Assembly (NCBI GenBank): GCA_964188305.1
Contig: OZ076885.1
Source of the DNA: Podarcis bocagei
Lineage: Eukaryota
DNA: 64,000 nucleotides
Direction: 5' to 3' (one strand)
Shown: piece after piece, positions 1-12,535 of the stretch
Layout of the letters: the number at the start of each line of letters is the position of its first letter
How positions within the stretch are numbered: position 1 is the stretch's first letter
Notes under the pieces: model-generated
Seen by the model: the letters and a program-made list of their open reading frames with translations, nothing else
What the model was told of the DNA's origin: nothing
Databases searched by the model: none
Made by a program: the position numbers and the translations under genes

Positions 1-778
1 TCAATTCATTCTGTGACTGGTTTTTACCCCCACAGGGGTAAAATAAATAAATCATTGATTGATTCTCTCCCCCACCTTAGGCACAGAAATGTCTTGGTTC
101 ATATGTGCCTGCTTAACCCCCACTGGTTAACATGTGAAGAATGCCAGAGCATAGACCTGATAACCCTTATCCTCCGATCCTAGAGTGTGAGGGTGGATTA
201 AGATCATTCACAATGGGAGGGGGGGACCTTTGGTCCATCAGGCGTTATTGGACTCCAGCTCCAGCTGGAGATACTCTCTGCACATACTCAGAAGCTCTTT
301 GCTACATATTCCACTGATGTGTTTCAGCACTGATAATTGGTTCTGGCTCACTCTAAGCCCAATTCAAGCCTTTCTTCTTCTTTCATGCGCTGCTGCCATT
401 TACTTACCTGTATTGTAGGGACAGACTGAAAAACCTTATAGCATTCTTACCTGAGAGGTGGGCAAATAAACATCAAATTCTGTATGGGCTGGTTGTATGT
501 GTACTATTTCCACCCAAAACAGTTCTTTACGTTTTAAAAATCACTAATGTATTTTTGATTTTTTCATGGCCAGTAGATTAAGCTAGGGTGAATAACTGGT
601 GGGTTTTGATTGCTAGGGATAGGACCTGGTGAGTGTTTGGCAGGTCAGAGATGGAACCAGTTGAATTTTGGTAGATATGGCAAGAGTCTGATGGGCTTTG
701 ACTCATCAGGCTAGAGCCTTGTTCATCGGATGTGGATCCCATAGGAGGTAGTTTAACACACACACCACAACTCAGAAT

Positions 779-1199
779 TTGTTGTTGTTTAGTCATTTAG
801 TCGTGTCCAACTCTTCGTGACCCCATGGACCAGAGCACGCCAGGCACTTCTGTCTTCCACTGCCTCCCGCAGTTTGGTCAAACTCATGCTGGTAGCTTCG
901 AGAACACTGTCCAACCATCGCGTCCTCTGTTGTCCCCTTCTCCTTGTGCCCTCCCATCTTTCCCAACATCAGGGTCTTTTCCAGGGAGTCTTCTCTTCTC
1001 ATGAGGTGGCCAAAGTATTGGAGCCTCAGCTTCAGGATCTGTCCTTCCAGTGAGCACTCAGGGCTGATTTCCTTCAGAATGGAGAGGTTTGATCTTCTTG
1101 CAGTCCATGGGACTCTCAAGAGTCTCCTCCAGCACCATAATTCAAAAGCACCAATTCTTCGGCGATCAGCCTTCTTTATGGTCCAGCTCTCACTTCCAT
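779..1199 (-). mobile_element. 5'-truncated BovB/RTE LINE (3' end of ORF plus short 3' UTR and CAA tail)
   Basis: Minus-strand translation YGSESWTIKKADRRRIGAFELWCWRRLLRVPWTARRSNLSILKEISPECSLEGQILKLRLQYFGHLMRREDSLEKTLMLGK is the typical BovB/RTE C-terminus. (CAA)n tail. 12-bp TSD ACAACTCAGAAT at 767-778 and 1200-1211. Confidence 0.93.
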
Positions 1200-1264
1200 A
1201 CAACTCAGAATATCTGATAACAAACACAATGCAAGAGTAACATGTGCTTGTCTTCACTTGCACA

Positions 1265-1796
1265 CAGGGCCGTCTTAAGCATATCTGGTGCTGTGGTGCA
1301 AAGATCTCCCCGGCGCCCCCCCCCCAGCAACTCCAAGGGAGGGGGAGGGGGGAAATGTCCTCTGACTCCCCCACCGCCCCAATCCCCGGCGTGGTGGCAG
1401 TGATCAAGCAGGAAAACGTGCTGGCAGACATGCTCTCCAGCATCGGGGCGCCCGAGAAGGCAGCTCAGGAAGGCAGTACGCTGCCTTTCGCCAGGCAGCA
1501 GGAGGAGGACAACGACCAGGAGCAGGGCCGTCTTTAGCAGATGCAGAGTCTTGGGAGGGAAGCTGTGCGCAACTTCCTTCCTAAGCCTCTGCGGGGATCA
1601 CTCTCCTCTTGCACAGGCTTGGGAAGGAAGCTGCACACCCACCAGCCATATAGTTGGCGGGGCGCAGCTGGTGGGCATGCAGGGGAAAGGGAGGCTGCCA
1701 GCAAAGCTGCGCAGCTCCCCCACTTGCTAGGGCGCTCCTGAGAGGACGGCGCCCTGGCGCAACGAACCACTAAGACCAATGGGAAAGGCGGCTCTG
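1265..1796. mobile_element. Non-autonomous hAT DNA transposon
   Basis: Imperfect TIRs CAGGGCCGTCTT...AAGGCGGCTCTG, exact 8-bp TSD CTTGCACA (1257-1264 and 1797-1804), GC-rich interior. Confidence 0.88.
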
Positions 1797-3106
1797 CTTG
1801 CACACACACAATGCAGTATCATTCAAAAGAGAAAACAAGTCATAACACACTGAGAAGGGCATTGTAGGTATGGAGGCATCCAGGGTCTTACACAGGGTGA
1901 TGACTCAAAGAGCTGCAGAGCCATTTGGGTAGATCAGGCCCAGTAATTTCCATGGTGCCCAGCATATTGGACAAACCAGCCATGCAAAGGCCACAGGGTT
2001 GCTTTCAACCCTACTCTCTGCCACAAATCAGGGCTTCATTATTACATTTCTCCCCACGCTCCCCACCCCCCACACCCGCCACACATATGTAAGAGGATAG
2101 GTGTCACAGGGAGAAGAGGTGACCTTTAAGCCCCTTTATACATCCGGTGATGAAATTGTGGGTAGGAAAGTAGTTAGCAACAGAGCATGTGAGTACATAA
2201 TCTGTTCTTAAGTGCAAACAATTCATTTGGTGAAATAATAAAGGGATGCATTTTAAGTTGTGGAAATCAAGTGTGCCTTTCTCCCCATCTAGTGGCTGGT
2301 CCACAAGAGGTTTGTCAGTGTGCTGTTCATCCTGCATAAGCTATGTGGAGCTCAAACCCCCATGTATTTCCACCAGCAGGAGCATTAACGAAGTTGGCAG
2401 GGCTCCCATCAGCAAGTTGAAAAGATTTTGAGCTGTGAGCTTACTGGATGGCATTGAATGTAGATTTATCTAGGTGCTGAGCTTCTGTATCTTATGTTTA
2501 CTCACAGTACCAGACATACCATGTATACCTGTTGCAAATATAAACGCCATACTAATAATCTGATACTGATAATATATTTTAGGCTTGATTCAAAGCCTTT
2601 TATGTTCTGTAGTTATTGCAGACATTTTCAAAGATGTGTCAGTATTTTATTTGCCATTCCCTGTAATAGCAAAGTTAAGAAGCTGAATGTCAATCAGATC
2701 TGAAGACAACAACAACGGACCCAACAAAAAATAGTCCAGAACTTATATAATGTTGGTGTCATGAGCTGGTCCTGCCTTTTCTGCTTCCTTTTCCTGGGCT
2801 ATCTCTTGTTGACACGCTGCTGTGTCCTGGATTTCTCCATTGTTTTAGGATGTAGGAAGCTGCCTTAAACCAATTCCTACCATTATTCTATCTAACCCTG
2901 TATTTTCTAGACGGAATGGCAGTGGCTCTGCAGGATTTTAGACAGGATTCTATTCCAGCTTTACCTCAGGATGTGTGGCCCTTTTTATGTGATATACCTC
3001 TTTTTTTCTCTGGTCAGGCCTCTCTTCTGTCACCAGGATGGGAAGGGAGATCTAAAGGAAGCAGAAATTGGGCAGAGTTGCGCAAGTGGAAATCCTGACA
3101 GAACTA

Positions 3107-3645
3107 CCGTATTTTTCGCTCTATAAGACACACTTTTCCCCTCCTAAAAAGTAAGGGGAAATGTGTGTGCGTCTTATGGAGCGATTGCAGGCTGCACAGC
3201 TTTCGCACCGATCCCTCTTGCTCTCCTGGCTTCAGGGATAGCCGTCCGAAGCCTTCTGAGCGCAGCAGGAGCGCTCCCGCTGTGCTCAGGAAGCTTCGCA
3301 TTGCTTTCGCTCCCTCTTGCTCTCCTGGCTTCAGCGAAAGCAGCGCGAAGCCTCTTGCTCTCCTGGCTTTGCTTCGCTGGAGAGGCGCTGCACAGCTTTC
3401 CCTTTATGCACAGCGCCCCTTCAGCAACGCGGAAAAAGAAATGGAAGAGGCTCTGTTTCTCCTGCCGCTTCGCTGATGGGGTGCTGCACAGAGAGGGAGA
3501 GCTGCGCAGATCCCCTTCCGTTTCTCCTCCCGCTTTGCTGGAGAGGTGCTGAGCAGAGAGGGAGAGATTTATTTTTTCTTGTTCTCCTCCTCTAAAACTA
3601 GGTGCGTCTTATGGTCGGGTGCATCTTATAGAGCGAAAAATACGG
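3107..3645. mobile_element. Tc1/mariner-superfamily (Tc2-like) MITE
   Basis: TIRs CCGTATTTTTCGCTCTATAAGA...TCTTATAGAGCGAAAAATACGG. TA on the left, TG on the right. Internal repeats of CCTCTTGCTCTCCTGGCTT. Confidence 0.85.
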
Positions 3646-4710
3646 TGGTTGATTGGATATTGCCCATTGTCTGGACTAATCAGATAATGATAAAGTCCAC
3701 ATAGTTATGGAGAGGAAGCATTCTTACTTAGTTCATAACCTGAAAAGGCTATTTTAATGCACTTAGGCTCTCATGCAAAATTCAACAGCGTCAGGTTCTT
3801 CTAGATTAAAATAATACAAGTTTCTCTTTGTTGTTGTTGTTTTAATGCATAGGAATGATGGTTACACAGTGGGTTGGTTAACACAAGGCATTCCATTTGC
3901 AAGTACTCTTGTTTGAAAGAGAGCACCAAGGTTGCTAAGTGAAATACTCAAAGCGAGCAAATGCCAAAGCTTAATTAAAGATTGAATCACAGAGCAAAGG
4001 CACAAAGGCATTTTTCTACCACAGTAACAGTCACAAACTAAAAACAGCAGCTATATAAGATAGCTAGTTAGCATGGGCAAGGGCCCCCCGGTAGTAATAT
4101 CATTTTTGCCAAATGTGTTCCCTGTTGTCCATCTTGTTAAAAGCTTTGCATTTTGCAAATAATTCAGCATACTGTAATTGAGCACATTTTGCATATTTTC
4201 AGCAGAATTGTAACCCTCAGGCAAGAGTAAACTGTAGAAATGTTAATACAATCTCATTGTGATGTGGATTGTCCATCTACAGCCCATTCTTCCATCATCT
4301 GTAATTACCTGTAATTACAAAAAAAAGATATTATTGGGTCTGGCCCATAGTCCTTTGATCCCAGTAACTTAGGTCCCTTTTCACCAGTCACGTACAGTAA
4401 AGGCTTAAATATAGGCTCAGAGCAAACAACTTTGTGTACGTCTAACAACCCTGAAGTTGCTCAAGGAAGCTCCAAGTCTGAGGATTTATGGGTTCTGAGA
4501 TAATCTGAAGTGATTTTTAAAGTACTTTCATATAGGTGGAAAGGTTAGAACTGTTTTGCAATTCATTTCACAAGAAAAACCTCAACTAAAGTCTAGTATA
4601 CTTTTATGGATCAGTCCCAGAGGTATAGTTTGAGAAACTAGTTCCAACAAAATGGATTGGTTCCAGACTTAATCATATTTGGTGTAGGGCCACTTGTATG
4701 AGTGGGAGCC

Positions 4711-4794
4711 TGCAATCCTAGCCTCATTTACCTGGGAGTAAGCCCCACTGAATTCAGTAGGACTTACTCCTGAGCAGACATGGTTAGGATTGTA
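4711..4794. repeat. Short palindromic MITE-like element
   Basis: Ends TGCAATCCT...AGGATTGTA around an inner near-palindrome GGAGTAAGCCCCACTGAA|TTCAGTAGGACTTACTCC. Confidence 0.6.
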
Positions 4795-5859
4795 TTGTAA
4801 CTCTGACTCCAACCCAGTGTTTCACACTTTGTGTACAAGTGTTGTTCACAGTTCACCAGCAGCAACATCCTTCCCATAGTGTATAAGTAATAACTTGGAC
4901 TATAAGGCAGTGCCCTTGCCTACTTCAACTCTTGAAAGACTTAGGTGAGGATTGTCATCTGGGGAAAAAAATCAATGCACATTTATAGCAAAAGATCATG
5001 TAAATAAGGTATGAACATAATAAAAATCTGAACAACTGAGTTATGCAGTAAAACTTGATGGGTTACCTAATCAAATCTATGAGGGTGATAAAAATGGTTT
5101 ATTATCTCACTTAATCCATAACTTCTAAGAGTCATATAACCTAAAGCAGTGGAAGTATTAGGTCTGGATAGACAGAGTGCTTTAAGGACTGAGCAGCTAT
5201 GCTGGATGAAGAATGAGAACATGAGTGTCACTGTTTTTTACTAGAGTTGTAGGCACCTGAAGATTTAATTCTGTGGAGTGTAAATGTCTCCATGCTTCCA
5301 TGCTTCCTTCGTGATATTATTGATTATATGACACTGAATATTGTGCATGATACCTTGGGCATATTGCATTATTACTTTGGACAGTGCACCACATTCCCCA
5401 TTTTAAATTATTGAAGTAACTTCCATTTTTAAGTGCTGATCCAGACAGCTCTGCTCAACAGCTGCTTTCACTCCCTGGTCATGAAGATGCTGGCCCTTTC
5501 CTACCATAGGCCAGCAGAGAAGCCTGCTTCACCTCTGCTAGCTGATTGACAGCCCTACCTGGGTTCAAATGCCAGGGACTGGGGGCCATATCTTTCCCAG
5601 CTGAGATGTGCCTCACCTGGGAACTTTACATTTTCTCTGAGGTGACATATAGAGACAAACTGCTGGCATGTGCCTGGGATAATATCCCTTGGGGAGAGCT
5701 TGAGGTAAGAGAGGAGGGGCAAGCCAGATGAAGGGGATGCAACACAGGCAGTTTGTGGATGTTTTGCATGCTAGCCCCTTCTCTATCCAGAAGAATTAGA
5801 GTTGTGCTATCAGCCAGCCTTCTGGCCTGTTGATGCTGCAGCTGAACACCAGGTCACTG

Positions 5860-6010
5860 TTTATAGTGAAGGTACCAGCCAAACATCTCTGAGGAGAGCA
5901 TTCCACAAGCAAGGAGCCACTGCAGAAAAGGCCTGTTCTCATGTTTGCCACTCTCTGGACCTCTTATGGAGGAGGCACATGAAGAAGGGCCTCAGAGGAT
6001 GATCTCCTAT
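5860..6010 (-). mobile_element. Degenerate L2 LINE fragment
   Basis: GGAGAGCATTCCACAAGCAAGGAGCCACTGCAGAAAAGGCC is the reverse complement of the L2 ORF2 3' motif (AFSxxAPxLWNAL). Confidence 0.55.
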
Positions 6011-9000
6011 TAGAGAAGGTGAATCTCAAGAGGTCTAGTCCTGTTTTGTTAGATGAATTACAGGTGGTATGGCTTGAGGATGTGGACCTGTTGAGTACAA
6101 AATATTTTAGGTTCAGCAAATTATGATACTTGGATATAAATGAGGGATGTGTTGTTGTTTAGTGAGTATGCTACTGTCTGAGGTTCAGTCTCTGGCATTT
6201 CCCCCTAAAAGGATCTATAGTTCAACTAGGAAACATGTTTGCTTGAATTCATGGGAAGCTGCTAAAGGTCAGAGTAGATAGCACTGGGTTAGAAGACCAA
6301 TGGTCTGACTTGATCTAAAGCAGCTTTATAAGTTCTTTAGCAAAAACCAAAGTGCAGTAGCCATGATCTAGACTATTTGGCCTGCATGCATAGTTGAACT
6401 GAAGAATAAGCTGTGTGAACAAGGCACTGTTGGTACAGAATGTGCCTAGTATTTTCTTAAATACTCAGCCCAGAAGCTTCCTTTCTTGTGTCCTTTCCAT
6501 AATGCATCAGTTTCTGAAATCATCAATTTCATCACTCAGATTATGTATTTAAACTGGATAAGTGCTTTCATGTCATCATTTTGCAGCACATGCAAATATA
6601 TTTTTGTTTGTTTTGCTAATCACTCATTCCAGACTGCAGTTAAAAGTAACTAAGCGTCCTCATTCCCTTTAAAATATGCCTTCTTTGTTGATAAGGAGTG
6701 TGGATGTATGTTCAGTTAATGCTCATTAATGCCACAAAAGCCACCCACACCTGTGTGTACAGTGGTAATTCACACACCTCAATTATTAGATCTGTTAGGG
6801 AGTCTCTTGAAAAGAGATTGGGGGAGAGGGCATTGCTTATCATTACATTTCTGCCCCCTGTTGTGCTGGCAATGCAAGTTTCTGACCAGAATCCCACATT
6901 CTGACTGATTCTGTAAAGGAATAATTATGTTCTGAATATACATGGAATTTTAAACTATTTTTGGACTACATTTTTCAAGCAGAGGAACTATATTTCTAAT
7001 ATGAAATGTGGTGGTGATATAATAATTAGTGTTGGGTTCTTCATCTTTCTGTGACTATTTTCAGATATGGTAGGGACTGCTGCATCTTTTGCCCCAGTGT
7101 GCAAAACAGAATCCATAAGGTCTTACCTATCTCTAGTCTATACACACATGAAGGTGTGGTATAAAAGGTTGGGGCTATTGAGATGTTTGTGTTTATTTCT
7201 CACATAGGCTCCCCCGCCAGACTCATTACTCAAAAGGGAATAATGAACAAAGGCTGTCAGAAGAGTAGTCCACAGCATGACCTGCACCATATGGCATTAG
7301 GGAGATAGATTGCATGTGCTAATTTAGATCTCTGCCTTCATTAACATTTTCTTATGTTTTCCCCAAATTAACTACCACGCTGACTCAACAGTCAAGGAAC
7401 CAATTCCTTAGAATTGGTTAATATTATATCTGGATCAGCTGAAGACAGAAATGCTACCTGATCTTCTTTCAGTCATGTTCCCTGACATGTTTCATTTGCA
7501 TAGCTGCTTTTTTCCATCCGTAATGCCAGCAACACCCTTTTTCATCTGCTGAGGTTTTCGTTGTTTGTCTCTAAATTCTCACTAGGAAAGAAACAACCAA
7601 GTCATAAAATATTTCAGTGCATGACATGAACAGGCAGTTGCAGATCAGAAGCAATGCTTAGTAAATTGTATATTCCACTATTCCTTCCCCTGTCATTCCA
7701 TTGCCAATACTGTATGGAATTTAAGAGCCTTCTGCTTTCGCTTTTTCTATAAGTTCCTGCTCCAGTTCCGTATGATCCCCAGAGCCTTGTTTTATTCTGT
7801 ATAAAACTGTAATACCCTTTTATAGTTATATTTAACATTTTAAACCACTTCACCCACAGGCCTCAGATGGAATCAATACATGGTTGCATTTTGGCTTATT
7901 TCATGGCATGTGTACTCAGAAACCATATGCTTAGATCACAACTGGATAGTGAAATATACAGGCAGTTAAGTCAGATTAGCCTGCCCATCACTCACTCATC
8001 ACATTGGCATATCTTTGCATTGTTAGTGTAGAAGAATAACATGAAATTTGTCTCGGTCTGTGTAATATAGATCTACCATCAGGTTGGGTCAAATGAAATT
8101 ACCTTGGGGGTTCTCAGACAGTAGAAGTTTTGCCCTAGTTACCGGTAGTTAGTTTGTTGATAGTGATTCTGGCTTCCTTTATCCCTGTTTTGGCTGATTA
8201 CCCTCATATCTTGCTTTGAACCAAGCACACCTTGTGCAGTAGTACCATTTGTTAAGTCTATTTTAAAATATAATATTTGACTCAGTAATACACATGCTCC
8301 ACTGTTCTCATTAGCCCATGTTCTGTTGTAGCGGTCTTCACCCAGAAGAAAGGGAAATCCAGAGATCTTAAGAAGAAAAAGCTTTCCATTATCCCATAGA
8401 CCCTTCCCAACAGGCCAGTTTACGGCTAATTGAAGAAAAATTCTACTAATTAATCATCAGTGTGCATTTACCTCCGGAATCTGGAAATGGGGGCCTCCAT
8501 TTGCGGGAACTAACATTTGTACATTGCAAGTCTGGAGGAAACTTGCAGCTCAATTTTATTGCCTTTACCTAGGTGCTTCTAATGACTGATGTATCAATAA
8601 AACTATTTTGTGTCATTAAAGCAGCTATATGTTTATACCTTTTGAAAATGAATTTCCTCTCCTGCCTGGTGTGTAATACCAATTAATTTGAAATACGGCT
8701 ATGGTTATTTCCATTCATAAAACCTTAGACAGTGTCTTGCATCATAGTGAACTGGCTCTTCCATTAAGCAGCATATCGCTAGCAAATCTTTGGTCAGATT
8801 CTGTCATATGTGACGTGCAACGTGATATTTGTGCTTACTGTACATTGTATTTAAAGCATATGCATGTGAAGAACAACTTTGGTAGGAAGACTGTTTCTTT
8901 CCTGACTTTTGGATGCTTTCCCTGTGCATCCAAATGTTTAATGTTTCTGGCATTTCAGTACACTTTATTTTAATCCCAGTGGGGTGTATTGTGAAATTGC

Positions 9001-9889
9001 TAGCTATTTCCAGGCAGTCTGAAATATAGAAGGTTAAACGCATCAAAGAAATAGTTGTTATGGTTTATGATGTTTTGTAAGCGTGAAGGAATTGTATCTT
9101 TTTGTTTTCGTTAAGGCTTTACTAGCGTTCATTGTTGCAGTGCAAAATTGTACCTTGGCCAGAGCTGTATTCATAGAGTGTAATGAGCATAGCATGAGAC
9201 AGAGAAAGCAGGAAGGGTTTCTGGCACAAATATGAGGAATGGATCAGCAAACAACAACAGCCTAGACAACAGTATAGAACATTTGTAGAAATACACTCAA
9301 ATGGAATTGGAGGATAGGTGATCCCCAGTTGGGATCATTCAAGTGAAGATCATTCAAGATCCCCAGTTGGGATCATTCAAGTGAAGAAACAAGACACCCA
9401 ACTGAACAGTAACAATGCTTTGTAAACTGGAGGTTCACTTTTTTCTCTCTATCTGTATTCCTAATATGACAGAAATTGGTTGTGCTCTTTAAAAACATTG
9501 GTGGGAATATGGGATAGAAAATAGAGTATAGTTTTAATGGTTTATCTGAGCTCCTAAGACTCTGCACATTTTTCTTCTCTAATGTTCTGTGTGACCGTAT
9601 AAGATACCCTCTGTCTTTCATGGTCCATCTTAAAACGAAGATTCTTGAGAAGTTTATATTCGAGATTGCTATAGCTATAAATTAGTCAGACAGAGAGCAA
9701 AGAGAACTCTCTTGATAAGGATTGTGCTTCCTGTTTTGCGAGAAGGATTTTTCTTCAGGTCATATTCATCAGTGTGCATCATGGATTTTGTGCTGGTGTT
9801 TGCCCCTGTTTTCACTATAGCATGCAATGATTTGGATTATGTCAAGTAGTATGTGAATGTGAGCTAATGTTTGAATTGCTGGGTTGCCA

Positions 9890-9981
9890 GTTGTACATAT
9901 GAAAAAAACCTAGGGGTCTTAGTGGACCACAAGCTTAACACGAGTCAACAGTGTAATGCATTAGCAAAAAAAGCTAATGCT
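9890..9981 (+). mobile_element. CR1 LINE ORF2 fragment
   Basis: Encodes EKNLGVLVDHKLNTSQQCNALAKKANA, matching the CR1 RT C-terminal motif ERDLGVLVDxKLNMSQQC. Confidence 0.75.
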
Positions 9982-11529
9982 TGACCGCTGCTTAAGTTTC
10001 AAGTACTCTGTAAAGAAACTGATCTGTAAAGAAACTGACCTCCCAGTCCACTGGCCCTGACCATCCAACACTGCTGCTTGTCTTAGGCAGCACATCCTTC
10101 CTGATGTTTATGTGTTGAAGCAGGCACATACTGGTGGTAAGATGTGTACAGGATAGGCTATTGATGTGCTTAGTTTTCCTGCAGGTTAGAACATGGTTAC
10201 AGCCCCTCTCTCACCGAATTTTAAAGAACCTGGTCTTAAGGAGCACTCAGGTAATTTGTACAGCTGCCAGGTGTGAGTTGCTAACTTATTTTTCTTGGAA
10301 TGTATAGCTCAGGAATGCTCAAACCTGTTTAAATTCCCTTTGGGGACCTAATCCCCATGGAAACCTCTCATTCTACCAAGGAGAGAGGCTGAAAAAAAAT
10401 CTTCAGTACATTCCCATTAACACACAACTATCAAGCTGCACAGATCTCTTTGTGCAGTCACGTGGTTAGCATCTTTTTTTAAAAAGTACAAACTCATATT
10501 TGGAGCTTACTCTTTGGCATCAGTTTGTTAAACATGTAACTGTTCAGTCCTCTTAATTTTGTAGAAATGCATACAAATGTATGAGCTGTTAAGTATCAGG
10601 CTCCAAAAGGCTTACAGTGTTCAAAGGCTGCATTGCCTGCAGAGCTGCCCATTACTCTCCCCTAGCTAGTCCTTGAGCAATAAGAACCTGAAGTGCATTT
10701 GCCTGAAACAAGTATGCACTCCTTTCTCTCTGGATTCATGCTGCTTCCAAAAACATTGCTGAATGATCCTCAAATGTAGGGAATACTTAACAAGAACACT
10801 GAACAATGGACACAGCCTAGTACTTGTGTGGGAAATATAATTGGAGGCCTTGTGCCCCACTCCCATACCCATTTTAACTCTGTACATCCTTCCTCCCTGT
10901 TTGGTAAGACCAGGAGAAATGTTTATTGCACATTTTAAACCAGTCTTCTCATTACATTAACAGAAATATTTGTGGCATGCTGCCATCAAAGAACGTGGAA
11001 GCAAGCTAATGAATGCTAATGATTTCCAAGTAGCTTGTCAATAGAACAAATTTAATAATCAGTGTTTTGGGATTCTACATTCATAAGTCAGTGTGTTGCT
11101 AGGGTACAGAAGTCAGAGATACTGTCTTCTCCCATCTGCTTTGAGACTGATGGTGATCTGTATTTCCTGTCTGTGTCATTCTTCTAGCTTCAGGCCATAG
11201 CCTGGATGAGGCAGTGCCAAAAATTAGATGAGGAGTCTGCGAACACACTTTTTAATCCATAATCGCTCAATGTGAGAGAAGTATATGTGGCAAGTACATG
11301 TGACAACTAGCAATGTGACTAGTTATTCTACAATCAGAAAATGCTACATATAGAATAGTAAGAGTTGATAGACAGATGAAGAAAAACAGTTTTCTTGTAC
11401 ATAAAGTTTAATGGTTTCAGTCCTAATTTCAACCATTAATCACTGTTGGCATACTTTGTACTTTAGTTCAATAGCCACAAATTTTAAAAAAGTAAATATT
11501 AAAATATATTTCTCAATATTATCCAGATA

Positions 11530-12040
11530 GATACAAATAGACACCCTTCATGTGAAAGCAGGCTTTGGTAGATTGAGCACAGGAGACCAACAGTGGGTCC
11601 AAGAGCCAAGAAGACAGTTTCTGCACATGCTGTAGAGAAAGTGAGGAGCAGATGGGCTCATCAATGTGGGAAGGTAACCCATCTAGGAGATGGAAAATTC
11701 TGATCCTAAGCCTCCACCACCTTGCGGGATCTCTTTGGAAGGTGAAAAGGCAAACCCTACATATACCCAGATTCCAGATTCCAGGAGTCCCTAAGGCAGT
11801 TGTACACCTCCTTCTGGCAACTCCTGCAGCCAAGCTGGTGCCAAACATATTGCTCTGCTTTTCTTTGGATCACATCCGTGAAGCAGCACAAGACCTCCAT
11901 ACACACTGCCCAGACTTGCGCCCCAGAGAGAACACTTCGCTGTTGCTAACTTCAACCCCGGAGGAGCACTCCATTCTGTCTTGAGACAGATGAATGCCAG
12001 CAGCAGCAGCAGCAGCAGAAGCTACAACAACAACAACAAC

Positions 12041-12045
<5 letters not shown>
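11530..12045 (+). mobile_element. Probable RTE-derived non-autonomous retroelement with a CAG/AAC tail
   Basis: GGAAGGTAACCCATCTAGGAGATGGAAAATTCTGATCC resembles an RTE 5' UTR motif, and the block ends in an (AAC)n tail. Boundaries are approximate and the family was recognised by eye only. Confidence 0.35.
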
Positions 12046-12085
<40 letters not shown>

Positions 12086-12087
12086 AG
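11998..12087. repeat. Compound microsatellite (CAG)n(AAC)n(AC)n
   Basis: Directly visible. Confidence 0.95.
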
Positions 12088-12226
12088 ACAATTATATATC
12101 TTTTTAAGAGGAAGTAAATCTGTTGAAAGCATGCCCAATGTCCATATGAAAGCTATAGGCATCTCTTTATGCAGGTCTGCCTTGTAGCAGATCAGACTGT
12201 TGGTCTGTCTAGCTCAGTAATGTATA

Positions 12227-12468
12227 CAGTGGTACCTCCGGTTACATATGCTTCAGGTTACATACGCTTCAGGTTACAGACTCCGCTAACCCAGAAATAG
12301 TGCTTCAGGTTAAGAACTTTGCTTCAGGATGAGAACAGAAATTGTGCTCCGGTGGCGCGGCTGCAGCAGGAGGCCCCATTAGCTAAAGTGGTGCTTCAGG
12401 TTAAGAACAGTTTCAGATTAAGTACGGACCTCCAGAACGAATTAAGTACTTAACCCGAGGTACCACTG
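12227..12468. mobile_element. Tigger/pogo-like MITE (242 bp), copy A
   Basis: TIRs CAGTGGTACCTC...GAGGTACCACTG with TA on both sides. Confidence 0.92.
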
Positions 12469-12535
12469 TATTGTGTCTCTGGCTCTGCAGAAGTCTTACC
12501 CACCACCTGCTAATTGAGCCTTTTAACAGGATTAT

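Noticed and set aside
793-1443. 216-aa ORF as a host gene
   Set aside because: It is a chance read-through of hAT MITE, flank and BovB fragment. Only the BovB part is protein-derived.
3104-3595. Cluster of short ORFs
   Set aside because: All lie within the Tc2-like MITE and reflect its internal repeats.
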